From contig OZ176054.1 in the NCBI GenBank assembly GCA_964247055.1, positions 5,208,001-5,272,000 of the forward strand: DNA of 64,000 nucleotides, in the 5' to 3' direction. This document shows positions 11,187-23,810 of this stretch, piece after piece. This stretch comes from Paragordius varius. Lineage: Eukaryota > Animalia > Nematomorpha. Under the pieces are notes generated by a model that worked only from the letters and a program-made list of their open reading frames with translations, was not told where the DNA came from and ran no database searches. How positions within the stretch are numbered: position 1 is the first letter of the stretch; every line of letters begins with the position of its first letter. The position numbers and the translations under genes are program-made.

Positions 11187-11731
11187 CACTTTCATTCATA
11201 TTAGGGCATCTAAATAGCCCAGAAAATATTTAAATTGATATTTTTAAAAAAGCTACTGAAAGAGACGGCTCCAATTCAAATTTATGTGCTTCTATCCCGA
11301 TAAAAATTATATATAACCAAAATATCTAAATAAGATTTAGTCCGTTAAAACTATTTAGACGCCATTTTTATCTTACAACATTTTTGCAAAATATCGTGTT
11401 TATTTTATGCCTAAAATTGAGTTTACTTTTTCATTGAAATCACATTTAGCATTGATAACAGGAAAAGCGGTATATTTAGCATTATTTTAATATTTAGCTT
11501 ATACAAACATGTCATGTTGGCTAAATTTTTACCTTTGGGTTTGGCCTCTGAATAAGTGATATGAAGTATTTTTAAATCATATATTTATTATATTTGGGTT
11601 CAGTAATGTTATATAAGTGCAAACATTTGTAATAATTTTAATTTATTAAATATTTTTTAAAATTTTTAATTTTAAACAAGCCTGGGGTATCTAAAGTCGA
11701 AGGACTGAAATAAGCGCGTTGTATCCAAGTG
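11187..11731 (-). mobile_element. piggyBac-like MITE (CACTT...AAGTG termini, TTAA target site); additional partial copies at ~10930-11186 (-), ~12293-12620 (+) and ~2040-2260
   Basis: This is the reverse complement of the 62402-62964 element along its length, sharing CACTTGGATACAAC, GTCCTTCGA, CCCCAGGC and AAAATGGCGTC blocks. It is flanked by TTAA (11183-11186) and TAAA (11732-11735). Confidence 0.7.
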
Positions 11732-13098
11732 TAAATCATACCATGGATACAAACAGAAAAAGTGGTTCATTTTGCTTTATTTTTATATTTAGTTAATAAT
11801 GCACACATCTCATGATTGACTAAATTTTTACCCTGAGGTTTATTCATAAAATTAATATTGAATCATTTATAATTCCGTGCAACAATGTTATATAATTAAC
11901 TTTGGCAGTTTCAATTTGTTATATATTTTTATAAATATTTTGATTATATACAGGCATGTCCGAAAAAAATTGAATCAAAGCACTGAAATGACTTAGGGTT
12001 AAAATAAAAATTTTATAAAGATATTTTTATAATCAGTTTACTGCTCAAAATAATTTTTTGAGTCTATTTTCATGTAGTTCCCAGATTTATTTAGGATTAG
12101 GTAACTTGTGAGTTTTATTCAAAAATTCAATATCGAAAATTAAGATTTTTGACCTTAAATTCGGGATCCTATGATAAAAAAATGTTTTAAATACGCCCAA
12201 TTAATAAGTACATCAGTGTTTTTTTATTTTTCGCCATTTATCTATCATTTGAGCATCAATTTTTTTTAAAAGACCACTAAATTTAAGCTTGAACATTGGA
12301 TACAACACATTCATTGCAGTCCTTCGATTCAAATTGGGGTTTTGAATACCCCATTAAATTTAATATTTTAAAAGTATGGTATCAATTGAAACCATGGCAA
12401 AGGTTTGCACTTATATAACATTAATAAACCCAAATATAAAAAAAAGCATAGAAAAATACTTGATATTACTTATTCAGAGGCAAAACCCATAAAAAATTTA
12501 GCCTACCTAACATGTGTAGACAAGCTAAACCTAAAAATAATGCAAAGTATACCATTTTTTTTCTCTTTATAATAATGTTTTCCTATTCTTAAAAAATCAC
12601 ATCAATCAATTAATAAATTTTTCCAGACCATGCAAAAGGTTCTTATTTAGAAATTACCTTCCGGTCAATATTAAATGAATTTTTGTATTTTTCGCTTTTA
12701 TAATTTATTTTTATACCGAATACCAGCGCATTTTTACATAAATTAATTAAATGTTTTTATAGTTAACGAGGCTATTGGTAAATAAAATATAAAATAACCC
12801 AATAATTAACTAATAGATACCTATAAAGAAAGGAATCAATACAGTCGCTTGCTGTCTCATTAAACCCGTTTCTTGGGATAAAAAACGATAAAGCTATAAA
12901 TCTACAGTGATCAAAAACTACAAAATTTAATAAGGTACAGAAATATGCATAAAACATAGTATACACTTTATTTATTTTAATGATTGTATATATATAAATT
13001 GGTTTAAACATTCAGAGAAATTACGATATTTTTTTATCTTGTCTCGATTATTTTGTATCCACAGAAGACTAGTGTGCCCATAAATCACAATTTAATAT

Positions 13099-16000
13099 TT
13101 AATTTTTTGAGCACTGTGTTTCCACGTTCCACCATTCAGATATTTTGTAGGATTTATTTATGATAGAATGAGTATGCATGTTTTTGCATATTTGGCAGAA
13201 AAGCTCGTATTTCTCGTTACTTGTTAAATAATAATCATTGGTCCATTTTAAATATTCATCGTATACTTTATTATTCAAGTATAGATGTTTAAGGTATTCG
13301 GCTAATTTATTCAGAGAACGCCTGTTAAACAAGGGATGCCACATCAAATCTAATTGAACAATTGTAAAATGCTGATGGTATAAAATTTAAATAAACTTGA
13401 TAATTATTTTTTTCAGCTTTTGTTCTATAATATATCTGATAAAGTTTTATGGCGGAAACTAAAAACCTTATGAATCTTATTTATTGATTACAAAAATGCT
13501 TATAATTTAAACGCAAACTTACCCCTATTTTCTTGTTTACATAATCCGGACTGGATGTAAATAAAGGAACGATTGGGTAAAACTCGTAAATAATCCGTAA
13601 AACAGGCACCATAAACTATTGGTACAATCCCGTTATTTAATGCTTTTAATGGTTTTTCTGTGACATAACCCTGGCAATTACTATTTTCAGCTGCCAGAAA
13701 GAATTTATATTTGGACATCAATGTTCTTTCACATGACTCATCTCGTGAAAAATTTTGATATCTACAAGTCGTTTCCGACTGATCTGTGCACAATCCAAAA
13801 ATGTCCAAGTTTTGGGATGCCATTTCAAAATTATATTTATCTAACATTATCATAGGAAAAAAAAATAAATTTGGTTAAAATCAGAATTTATTTATTCAAA
13901 AAAAAATGAAAATAAAATACAACTAATTAAACGTAAGTTACCTTTGGAAAACACAGTGCGTATTTGGTATTGCAATTCCATAGCCAAATCTGAAAATATA
14001 TCAAAAAAGAAATAAATATTAACCTGTTCCACCACTATTTTGTTAAAAACTTAAAAACTAAAAAAATTTTAACGGATAGAGTTAGACATTTTTCAAGATT
14101 AAAGATGTATTATTTCTGATATCTAACATCACATTTCTGCATCAAATATTTAAGATTGTCGTAAACAGAGGCGTAGCCAGAGGAGGGAAAGGGGAGCTGA
14201 TGCATCGGGCGCCATAGTTCAAGGGGCGCCGGATTTTAAAACTTTTTTAATTTTCATTAATATTTGCCAATTTGATTATTATTTTATGAAAAATTTAGCC
14301 ATTTAAAATTACAAAGTAGTTATAATTTTTGAAAAATCATGTAAATAAGGGGTCCTTCGTTAATAAAAGATTATAATGACAAACCATTTTTAAAAATAAA
14401 AAGCTAAAGATAAACTTTATATTAATACATATTCAAATTGGAATCGCCAAACTTTTGGCCAGATAAAATACTTAAGGCATGCAATTTGAAATTATCACTG
14501 ATAAATCTAAAATTAAATTTAATTTTAAAAATAAATAAAATAAACATTTATTATTTACAAAGTGCAAACAAAAAACACTCCTGTTAAATAAATATATTCT
14601 GATAGATAAATGTAATAGGATTTTATGATGTTTTTTTGGCCTCGATGAATTGATAAAACAAATTTAATTTAAATATAAATTGAAAAAAACTACTCAAATT
14701 TAGAGTTAAACAACGTTAAGCGAAAACATGTGCTCATGATATGCTCAGCTTAATCGGATTGCACAAAAAGCTGTTTTATACCGTTTCCAGCCAATAAAAA
14801 ATACAATCAATAGATTTTGAAAAAATATATTTTAAGAAAAGTATGCATTTTTTATAAATATTATTTTAATGTCATATCTAGCATATTTTTCAATATTGGT
14901 TAAAAATTAGCCCATTTGGATGGGTCCAAAAAGGGGACTCTCGGAGCCCACTAAAAAATAATTATTATAGTTTTAATTGTATTTTATAATATATTTTAAT
15001 ATATTTGAAACATCTAGTTGAAAAAAATTATTTATCATAATGTGCTCTAATTTGCGATTTTTTAGTAACCTATCAAAAAAGTGTAAACCTTTGTCTTGGT
15101 GCAAAACCAAAAGCATTATGGTACAAACATTTCTATATGAGAATATATATTTTATTAGGATATTTCTTTATACCCATCTCTCCGATTTTGTGAATTGTGT
15201 TCTGCAATTCAACGTTTTAAAATTATTTTATTTTGGTATAAAAATTCCATTTTTTTATATATTAGGCTTGTCAGTTGGGAATGCATCATTCATGACCTAC
15301 GAATGTAGCTCTAATTTCCATAATTATCACTATTTTATAGTAATATAATATTTTAACCATCAATTTGCAACATTTTTCTCAAATTCGGTATTAATTAACT
15401 GGTGTCTATTAAGAATGACAGTATTCATAACTAGGAGACAGTTAGTATTTGATTGGCCAAAAATATACTTTATGTATAATCATAAAAATTTTTTTAGGGA
15501 ACATAATTACCAGCTTATTTTATTAGAAATCAAGAAATCAACTAATCCAAGTCTTAATTTAAAATCTATTAATATAAGGTTCAATATAAAAAAGTTTTTA
15601 TTCTAAAACCATAATGGCATAATCTATATATTTATAAAAATGGAAAATGCTGGCTTTGTGATCTGTTTCCGGAAAACCGGTAAACCCATTCAAATCCAAA
15701 TATCGAAAAAATAAAATCATTAATAAATGCTCCGACAATAGCTTCGCCCTTTTTTTAAATTAGGCCCGCAGTTCGGGCCCACCCCGTGTAAAAAACGGGT
15801 TTTTTTGAAAAGTCCACAAAAACGTGTCTTTGAGACAATTTTCCAAAGAACGTGTTGGACCATTTAATTTCAAATATGATTTTTGTTTACTTATTTTCGA
15901 TTGCGCTGAACATAGTCGTCTCGCTTTTTTAATTAAGGTCCTCTTTTTGCCCACTCCCCCCGTAATATGCCATTTTTTTTCAAAAAACAAAGTCCACAAA

Positions 16001-17817
16001 AATAATTTTTTGAATCTATTTTTCACCCAAGTAAACAATATATTAGTATGAATGCACCGTGAGATCATAGCTATTGAATAATGTTTCGAAATAATCCACA
16101 TATGTGGATCATTTTATTGTGCCTTTTTTAAAATAGCCCCCCCAGATGTCCGAGACTTCCTCGGGCTGCGTAGCAGCATGGGATTCACGCTAGTAATGCA
16201 TATAATTATTTTTAAGTTATAAGCACAATATCATCGATTTACTGGTGATCATAACCTTAGTTTAGTGCTTTCATAGCACGAAAAATTATTTACAAAAAAA
16301 AACATACTCTAACTAGATAAATGGCAAAAGTGTGCAAATAATCCCTAAAAATTATTATATCTAAAAAATAAAAGGATATATGATTTTTATTTAAAATTTT
16401 ACTAACCCAGTCTATCATTGTGAGCGAAACAATTGCTAATGAAGGTTAGGGCCAAATTTGTATTATTTTTGTCGGCAAAAGATGCAACGCTTGTCGTTTC
16501 ATTTGTCTTTACTACGTTCTTTTTTACATATATCTTATTATTTATCGAATAACGGAGGGGGATATCGGATTCTGGCAAATATGTGGCTGTCAAATTGAAG
16601 ACATTATCATATGGAGCCAGATCACAAGATTTATATCTTAGGCATGTGTGAGGTGGCGATTCCTAAAATAGAAATAGGAATGGATAATAGGTTAAATTAA
16701 AATTATTGTCTACAAGTTTTTATCAATATATTTACAATATGAATAAATGAGTTGCCTGATAATACATTATTTGGAAAACTAACTGATACAAAAATGACTC
16801 GAATGTATATGATAGTTTCTTGGCTAAAAATTTGAGTTTATTAACGAATCCTAAACAAAAATATTTTCCAATTGAAATTTTTTGACGATATGAATAATAT
16901 AACATCTTATTAGAAGAAGTTTGCAGCCAATGTAAATTAGTGCCACAATGAATTTTATATCTTTATTTACGCTGGATTTTTCAAATAACCTAAATTTTCA
17001 ATGAAAATTCATTCGAGGTAAAGAGTCAAAATTTAATTCCAGATTTACCGCACCACACTCCGACTTAGGTTTTCCACTTAAGATAATATTTTTTCCTAGT
17101 TTGTACATAATTATATTGGTTAATTTTATTGGTGACACACGAGCCTACAAAAGATTGTATGCTACTTTTTACTGAAAAGCTAAAAAACAAAGAAACAGAT
17201 TTTAAAATCCCTGTTGAGGTTAAAGGAAATTTCCCTTATGCAAAGCCCTATTTCCGAAAGTGAATATCAGTACATGATATTAAGCATGTTTCCAAAATTA
17301 ATAAATAAGTTTTGATAACTATTAATGCAATAATATCTTGATAATTATAATAAATTTTATAGCATACCACTAGATAGAATATCCAAGCTTGTGTAAAATA
17401 TTTGGGTGTCCCAACAAGCTTTGATCGATCTGGCATGGGTGAATGCTGAATATCGCGAAAATGGAATAAAACAGCATCGGATAGGGGTAATTTGGATTTA
17501 TCAAATGTGAGTTGACAGTTACAAAATGAACAGGATTGAAAGATATTTGTTCTGTTGCCAAACCACCAAAATTCTTCATTGAAAAATGGGGTCCAAATAA
17601 GCAACAGTTTTGTCGTATTATCAACACCTTGAGATGATATGTTTTTTATAACAAATATAGCATCTTCCTTTTTGTTAGAGGGCAAAAAAATATAAAATTT
17701 TGTTTTAGCCCATGAAATGGATGAATTGATTAGATTGATTTCAACATTTTTAAAGATAAAATATACTATTATATGCATTGTCATAAGAATAAATAGATAT
17801 TTTACAGTATTCATCAT
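13099..17817 (-). CDS. Alpha-1,3-fucosyltransferase (GT10), ~440 aa type II membrane protein; exons 17817-17368, 16662-16407, 13989-13942, 13840-13523, 13349-13099
   Basis: N-terminal TM segment, then LLIWTPFF, CQLTFDKSKLPLSDAVLFH, WIFYLVESPPHT, FNLTATYLPESDIPLRY, FISNC, the GT10 motif YKFFLAAENSNCQGYVTEK...GIVPIVYG, LAEYLKHL...YDEYLKW and FCQICK. Junctions are phase-consistent. Confidence 0.92.
15623..16193 (+). mobile_element. Non-autonomous Helitron, internally deleted copy (571 bp), in fucosyltransferase intron 2
   Basis: 5' A|TCTATATATTTATAAAAATGG and 3' hairpins (CCGAG-ACTTC-CTCGG and GCTGC-GTA-GCAGC) followed by CTAG|T. Both ends are shared with 50731-52863. Confidence 0.85.
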
Positions 17818-18337
17818 TATGTTAAAGGAAGAAAACAAAGTAACAAACTAATAAATTTCTCTTTTTTCATACAAATGGTACAAGCATGACAAAGAAAAAA
17901 TCAATGATTCTTTGTTGTTTTATTCTGAATTTAGTAATAATATAATAATTGCTGCATAAATATAAAATAGTGATGATGATGGCAAAAAGACAATGTATAA
18001 TATTTTTTACAGTTTAAATTAAAATGATTTAATTTATAGCAAAATTGAGAGAATTACGCATTATATATTATGAAATTTATATTTAATTGTGATTCAGATA
18101 TAAAAATTATCACATAACATATACCTAAACTTTTCAAGTAAATAAGTAATCTTGTTTTGTCACCAAATATGATATGTTACAATTTGACAATGTTTAATTT
18201 TTTTCAAATTAGTTTTTTCCAAAAATTATTTTTACATTTGGAATATTTAAAAAAATGTATTAATCATAATAAATTGAGTGAAAAAACTATTGAAAAGACT
18301 ATATTACCATAACTTACTATGCGCTTCACTTTACAAC

Positions 18338-18693
18338 CAGGGGTACCAACATGCGGACCTTGCAACTTTTTTAAGCAGCCCGCGAAAATTGTGCTATACC
18401 AAATAAAGTCAACATTCTATCAATCTGTAATAATTAAGATACGAAAATCGATATCTATCCCTTTAAATGTTTCAAATAATTTCCTTATAGCAGGGCCGCA
18501 TTTCGAATCATCTGGTGGGCCGCATTCAAGAAATTTATGGGCAAAAAAATATGATTTTGATTTTACACTGAAAAAAAATCACACCAATTTTGCTAGTTCT
18601 TTGCCAAAATTTGGCCAGACTCATTTGGGCGGTTCACAAGTATTTCGCGGGCTGCTCGTAATGTTTTACAGGGCCGCGTGTTGGACATCCCTG
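18338..18693. mobile_element. hAT-like MITE; an extra right end lies at ~18845-18876 and a related left end at ~26293
   Basis: TIRs CAGGGGTACCAACATGCGG ... CCGCGTGTTGGACATCCCTG. Imperfect 8-bp flanks CTTTACAA(C)/CTTTATAG. Confidence 0.7.
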
Positions 18694-19250
18694 CTTTATA
18701 GCAACGGAATAACCATCAACAAAATCAGTGAAATAGATAGTATTGTATTTTAATCGAATTTTTTTAAAACCATTTAAAATCTAATAATTAATTTTTTATA
18801 ACATGTGTTTATACTTTTTATAAATGCTGCTCGATTATATTTTGGAATGCGGAGCCATTTGCGTTGGACACCCCTGCTGTAGACAAAGGAAATTATAATT
18901 TTAAATATAAGAGTTTGTTTAATAAAGAATCTTTATCCAGATAAAATTAAGATTTTTTTAATAATACTGTATGAATCAGGATGTGTAAAAAATTTACTGA
19001 TGGAATAAGAAGATATATGTTCTGTTTGGTTGTGCTCTACGAGTGATTTAAGAATTATACACTTTTGTTGGAAATCGCGTTTGCGCACATTATGGTGAAT
19101 TTTTTTTGGAAGCTAAGTTCTTCATTCCAAAAATTTTATTAATAATTAAGGGGTAAACCATATTTATATTAGATTTATTATACGTACGTTCCTAAATTAG
19201 CAAATTTTTGGACATCTTTGAAATGGCTTTGTTTTTCATTTAAAGGCTGA

Positions 19251-19459
19251 TGTTAGAGTGGTAACTGACAGGCTAATTTGAATGAATCTTTTATTACATA
19301 TTTTAAATTACCCGCACAAACAACATTCGTTATTATATAAACCTATTAACTTATCTGGGTACTATTATTATATTATTATAACCTCACCACCACTGATAAC
19401 TGGGGACGACAAAGTAAAGTCAATGGTAAATTTATTGTATATCGTATTGTATAATGATC

Positions 19460-19495
<36 letters not shown>

Positions 19496-19732
19496 AGATA
19501 ATTAGGTCTATATTCACATATATCAAGGTGAGATGTTTGCTTTTATACAATTAACTCAAGGTATAATAATTATAGTCACACGTGGTGGTGAGGTTAAAAT
19601 AATATAATAATAGTACACAGATAAGTTAATAGGTTGATATAATAATATATATAACGAATGTTGTTTGTGTAGTTAATCTAATCGTGTAATAAAAGATTCA
19701 TTTAAATTAGCCTGTCAGTTACCACTCTAACA
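19251..19732. mobile_element. 482-bp foldback MITE with ~140-bp TIRs and TGTTA...TAACA termini; central (TA)n tract
   Basis: TGTTAGAGTGGTAACTGACAGGCTAATTT...CCTCACCACC at 19251-19390 is mirrored at about 19582-19732. No clear TSD. Confidence 0.8.
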
Positions 19733-19914
19733 AGGCAAAATTCCGAGGTTGCGCTATAGATTCTCTAAAGTGCTAAAAAAATTCCGAAAAAATGTTATTT
19801 GTTTAATTTAGAGCAAAACTTTTGTGAAGCGAGCTTTATTATACTTTGAAGCATGGTTTAAACGGTATGAAAACACTCTAATATAAATTTTTCAATTAAA
19901 TTCGATGATGCTGA

Positions 19915-22770
19915 CTATTAGTTGGTTTGTTTTTCCCAAGTCGTAAACGACTTTTTGGGTATAGTTTTCACTATTTCTTTCCATTTTCTTCTATCTTTTA
20001 TCGCTATATTGAGATCGTTTAATGTCATTTTAGTCTCTTCTTTTATCGTATCCAACCACCTCATCGGTGGTCGGCCTCGTTTCCTTTGCCCTTCTACCTT
20101 CCCAAACATTGTATCTTTCTCCAGAGAATTCGATCGCATGACAAGACCAAAATATGTTAACTTTCCTTTTAGAATTATCTCCAGGATGTTTGTTTTAGGT
20201 TTTATTTCTGTAGTTAGATTTCCATTCTTAATTTTATCCTTCCAGGTGTATCCTAGCATCCTACGCCAGCAGCTCCTTTTAAAAGCCATGAGCCTTTCTT
20301 TGTCCCTTTTTCTGAGAGTCCAACTCTCACATCCATATGTGGTGACCGGGAGAACGAAACAGTAGAGTAATCTTTTTTTGGTTTCAATTCCTACGCTTTT
20401 GTTTTTCCAAATCTTTATTAATTTGGTCATCGCTTCTCTACCCAATCCTATTCTCTTTCTAATGTCAGGAGTTGGAGACCCATCCTCTGAAATTATTGCG
20501 CTCAAAAACGTTAACTGTTTAACTATTTCTATTTCTACTCCTTCTACAATGATTGTAGGCTTTTCTCCAGTACATAATATTTTGGTTTTGTTAGGATTAA
20601 GCTTAAGACCATAACTCAAACTTTCCTTTCGAATCTCTTCAATCAATTCCTTCAAATCATTTGCACTTTCAGCTATAAGAGTGGTATCGTCTGCAAACCT
20701 TAAATTATTGATTGTTCTCCCTCCTATTCTTACTCCAATATTTTTACCATCCAACTTCCTCATTATCATTTCTGTGCACATATTGAACAGATAAGGGGAT
20801 AAGCAACACCCTTGTCTGACTCCTTTCAAGATTGGTATTTCGTCTGTGTCCCCCGCTGATGTTCTAATAATCGCTCTTTGTTTTACATAGAGAGAGCTAA
20901 TCAATCTTATTAAGTGAGACGATACCCCTACTAACTTTAATGTTTCCCACAAGGAGTCATAGTTAATCGAATCGAAGGCTTGTCTGTAATCAATAAAACA
21001 CATGTATAATTCTTTCTGGAACTCTTTAGATGTTTCCATTATCCTTCTCATGTTTGAGATATGGTCTCTTGTGCTTTTTCCCTTCATAAATCCGGCTTGA
21101 TTTTCTGGTATTTCTGACTGTATGATACTGTGCATCCTGTTTCGTATTATTTTTAGTAAGACCTTACTAGCGTGGCTAATAAGAGATATGTTCCGATAGT
21201 TCTCGCACTGGAGTTTATCTCCTTTTTTGTATATTGGGAGATATACAGATGATGTCCAGTCGTTTGGCCACTCACATGTTTCCCACACCTTTTGACATAA
21301 CTTGTGTAACGTTTCTACAGGAATAGCTTTTATTAACTCAATTGGGATGTTTCTAATCCCATCGTTTTGTTGTTAGGAATTTGTTTTAAGGCTAATTCAA
21401 CCTCCTCTCTTAGTATATCTGGATCACGTTCTTCTTCTTTTAATTGGAACACTTTTGCTTGAGGAGTCTGATAGAGTTTTTGGGTGTATTCCTTCCATCT
21501 TTCTCGTACTTCTGTTTGTTTGCACAATATGGTGCCATTCTCTTTTTTAATCTTTTGGGATGATATAAAAGGTTTATGAGTCATTTGCTTCAGTTCTGGA
21601 ACATTGGTTGCATTAATCCTTTTTTGTTATTTAATTCCACTTCCAGACATTGTTTATTAAGAAAATCTTCATAATCCTTCCTTGTTTGTCGTTGAAATTC
21701 TTTGTTATATAATTTATCCATTTTATTATCACCTCTTGATTTAGCTTTTCTCCTCTTTTCTGCTATCTCTAAACTCTTCTCTGATATCCATTTGTTATCT
21801 TTCCTCTTTACTCTCTGCACTTTTTCTTTTGCCACTTCATTAACAACATTTTTTATCGTTTCCCATAATTGTTCTGAGCTACATTCACTGTCCAATCTTT
21901 CTAATCTATCTTTTGTTTCTGTTCTATAACTATTTGGAATGTTCCGAGTGTCATATCTGTATATCTGTTTAACCTTATTTTTAATTATTTTAAGTTTGAT
22001 TTTGATTACTAGCTCATTATCGCTAGAGCAATCGCTGCTTTTGCTTGTTTTGGTATCGATTATAGAGCTTTTCCATTTATGAGTATATTATGTAATCAAT
22101 TTAGTTCTTATATTTACCACATGGAGAGGTCCATGTGTACCTCCTATTGTGTTGGTTATCATCATCTCATTTTCTTGACAAAAATTGATCAGTGCTTCCC
22201 CGGCCTCGTTTCGTTCTCCCAATCCATATGGGCCAACTATTTGATCTACTCTACCTCTACCAACTTTGCTGTTCCGATCACCTCCTATGATAATCATATC
22301 TCCTTTCTTCGTTTCATCCAAAACTATTTGCAACTTTGCATAAATATCCTCTATGTCTTCTTGGGGAGCGTTTGACGTAGGAGCATAGACTACTATGTAT
22401 GTAATATTAAGTGGCTTAGCATTCAGCCTAATACTCATGATTCTGGGTGTATATGGTGTATAACTAATAAGACTTTTATTTAATTTGTTTTTTATTAATA
22501 CTGCAACGCCTTCTGATTTCTGATCATCTCTCCCCGATCTTAACAATGTATAATTTTCGTTTTGTGCTTTCGAGCTACCTTTTTGCCTGGTTTCCGTTAG
22601 ACCCAGTATATCTAAGTTCAATCTTTCCTTTTCAATCACCTGTTTGGTTTTTGTTAATGAACGTACGTTCCAGCACCCAACTTTGAAAAGTCGCGTTAAT
22701 TTCATTTAGTAAAATTATTTTTTGGCAGTAATAAAACGAGGCTGGTTTGCCATTGCCTTCCCTCTCACTT
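19915..22770 (-). mobile_element. Near full-length RTE/BovB-like LINE (APE endonuclease + RT) with several stops/frameshifts
   Basis: Endonuclease 22705-22088 (VGCWNVRSL, LGLTETR, VYAPTS, GGDRNSKVG). Linker ORFs at 21895-21333. RT 21288-19918 (YRNISLISHASK, FIDYRQAFDS, GVRQGCCLSPYLFN, NLRFADDTTL, GRPPMRW). 5' UTR motif GGAAGGCAATGGCAAACC at 22761-22744. Confidence 0.93.
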
Positions 22771-23810
22771 ACCCTCTTTACAAAAAAAAAATAAATATCT
22801 AGGATAATAAATAAAATTAAAGAGTAATCTTTAAAATGTTGTCAATTTGGATAAATTATAAATATTAATATTTCACTTTGTCTAGCAATCATAAAGAAAA
22901 ATATAAGGAAATTATGACGCTAGTAAAAATAAGATATTTAGGCACCAAGGAGTAGAGAAAAAAAAATAGATAATATGTATAACAATGATTTTTGATGAAT
23001 TATGAATTATATTACTCTTTAAATTACATACTTAGCATACAAATAAAAAAACAACTCTACAAAACAAAATAAAACCTTAATAATACAAAAAGGAACCATA
23101 TTTTTAAATATATTTATAGTATATAAGGTAAAATAATTTTACTCTCCTTGAATGTCTTGCCGCTTTTAATCACATGAAATTTTAATTAAAAGTTGTTTGA
23201 CTTTAAATTAAAAATATTTTTTTGATAGACATAAGTAATATTTTATACTTAAATTTGAGAAAAAAGGAATATATCAATCAAAAAAAGGAGGGATAGAAAT
23301 GCTCAGCATTATCGAATTATTAGCGAAATTGTTTTTTTATAATCTTTTATAGTGTTTTCACCGTTCTACCATATTTGTTATATTTAAACTCGCTTCTTTA
23401 AAATTTAACTTAAATATCTAGTTGGAAAAATCTTTGATGACTAAATTTAGCGCATATTTAAATTTTTCGGCATTTTAGCGTTTTTTTGAAAAAAACTTGC
23501 CCATTTTAAACGGGTACAAAAATTTGAGACTTTCAGAGCTAACATCGAAAAATTAAAATTTACTAAATATTTAGTTTGGCTTTTTATATTTAGTTTACTA
23601 TGTCCTTTGATATTTTTTGAAATGAAGTCTTTGGCTTTCACTAAAAGATATTATGTAACAAAAATGAGCAAATTTTGCCATATTCTGATTGGGAAAGTTG
23701 CCACAAAAGTAATAATAAATTTCTTATAATACTCCTAAGGCCGCCAAATCTAACGCACCATGAGAATTCTGATACATTTATCTATCAGCATATTTAAAAT
23801 TCATTAGATA

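Noticed and set aside
14165-14235. CAGAGGCGTAGCCAG, a MITE-like left terminus
   Set aside because: No matching right terminus or TSD was found; too fragmentary to define.
15760-16101. ORFs within Helitron copies (also 24182-24848, 50661-51173, 52062-52250)
   Set aside because: They are chance ORFs in non-autonomous elements, with no Rep/helicase motifs and no frame conservation between copies.
19922-22375. Several plus-strand ORFs (19922-20365, 20378-20614, 21702-21929, 22079-22375)
   Set aside because: They are antisense to the RTE LINE coding region and show no independent coding signal.
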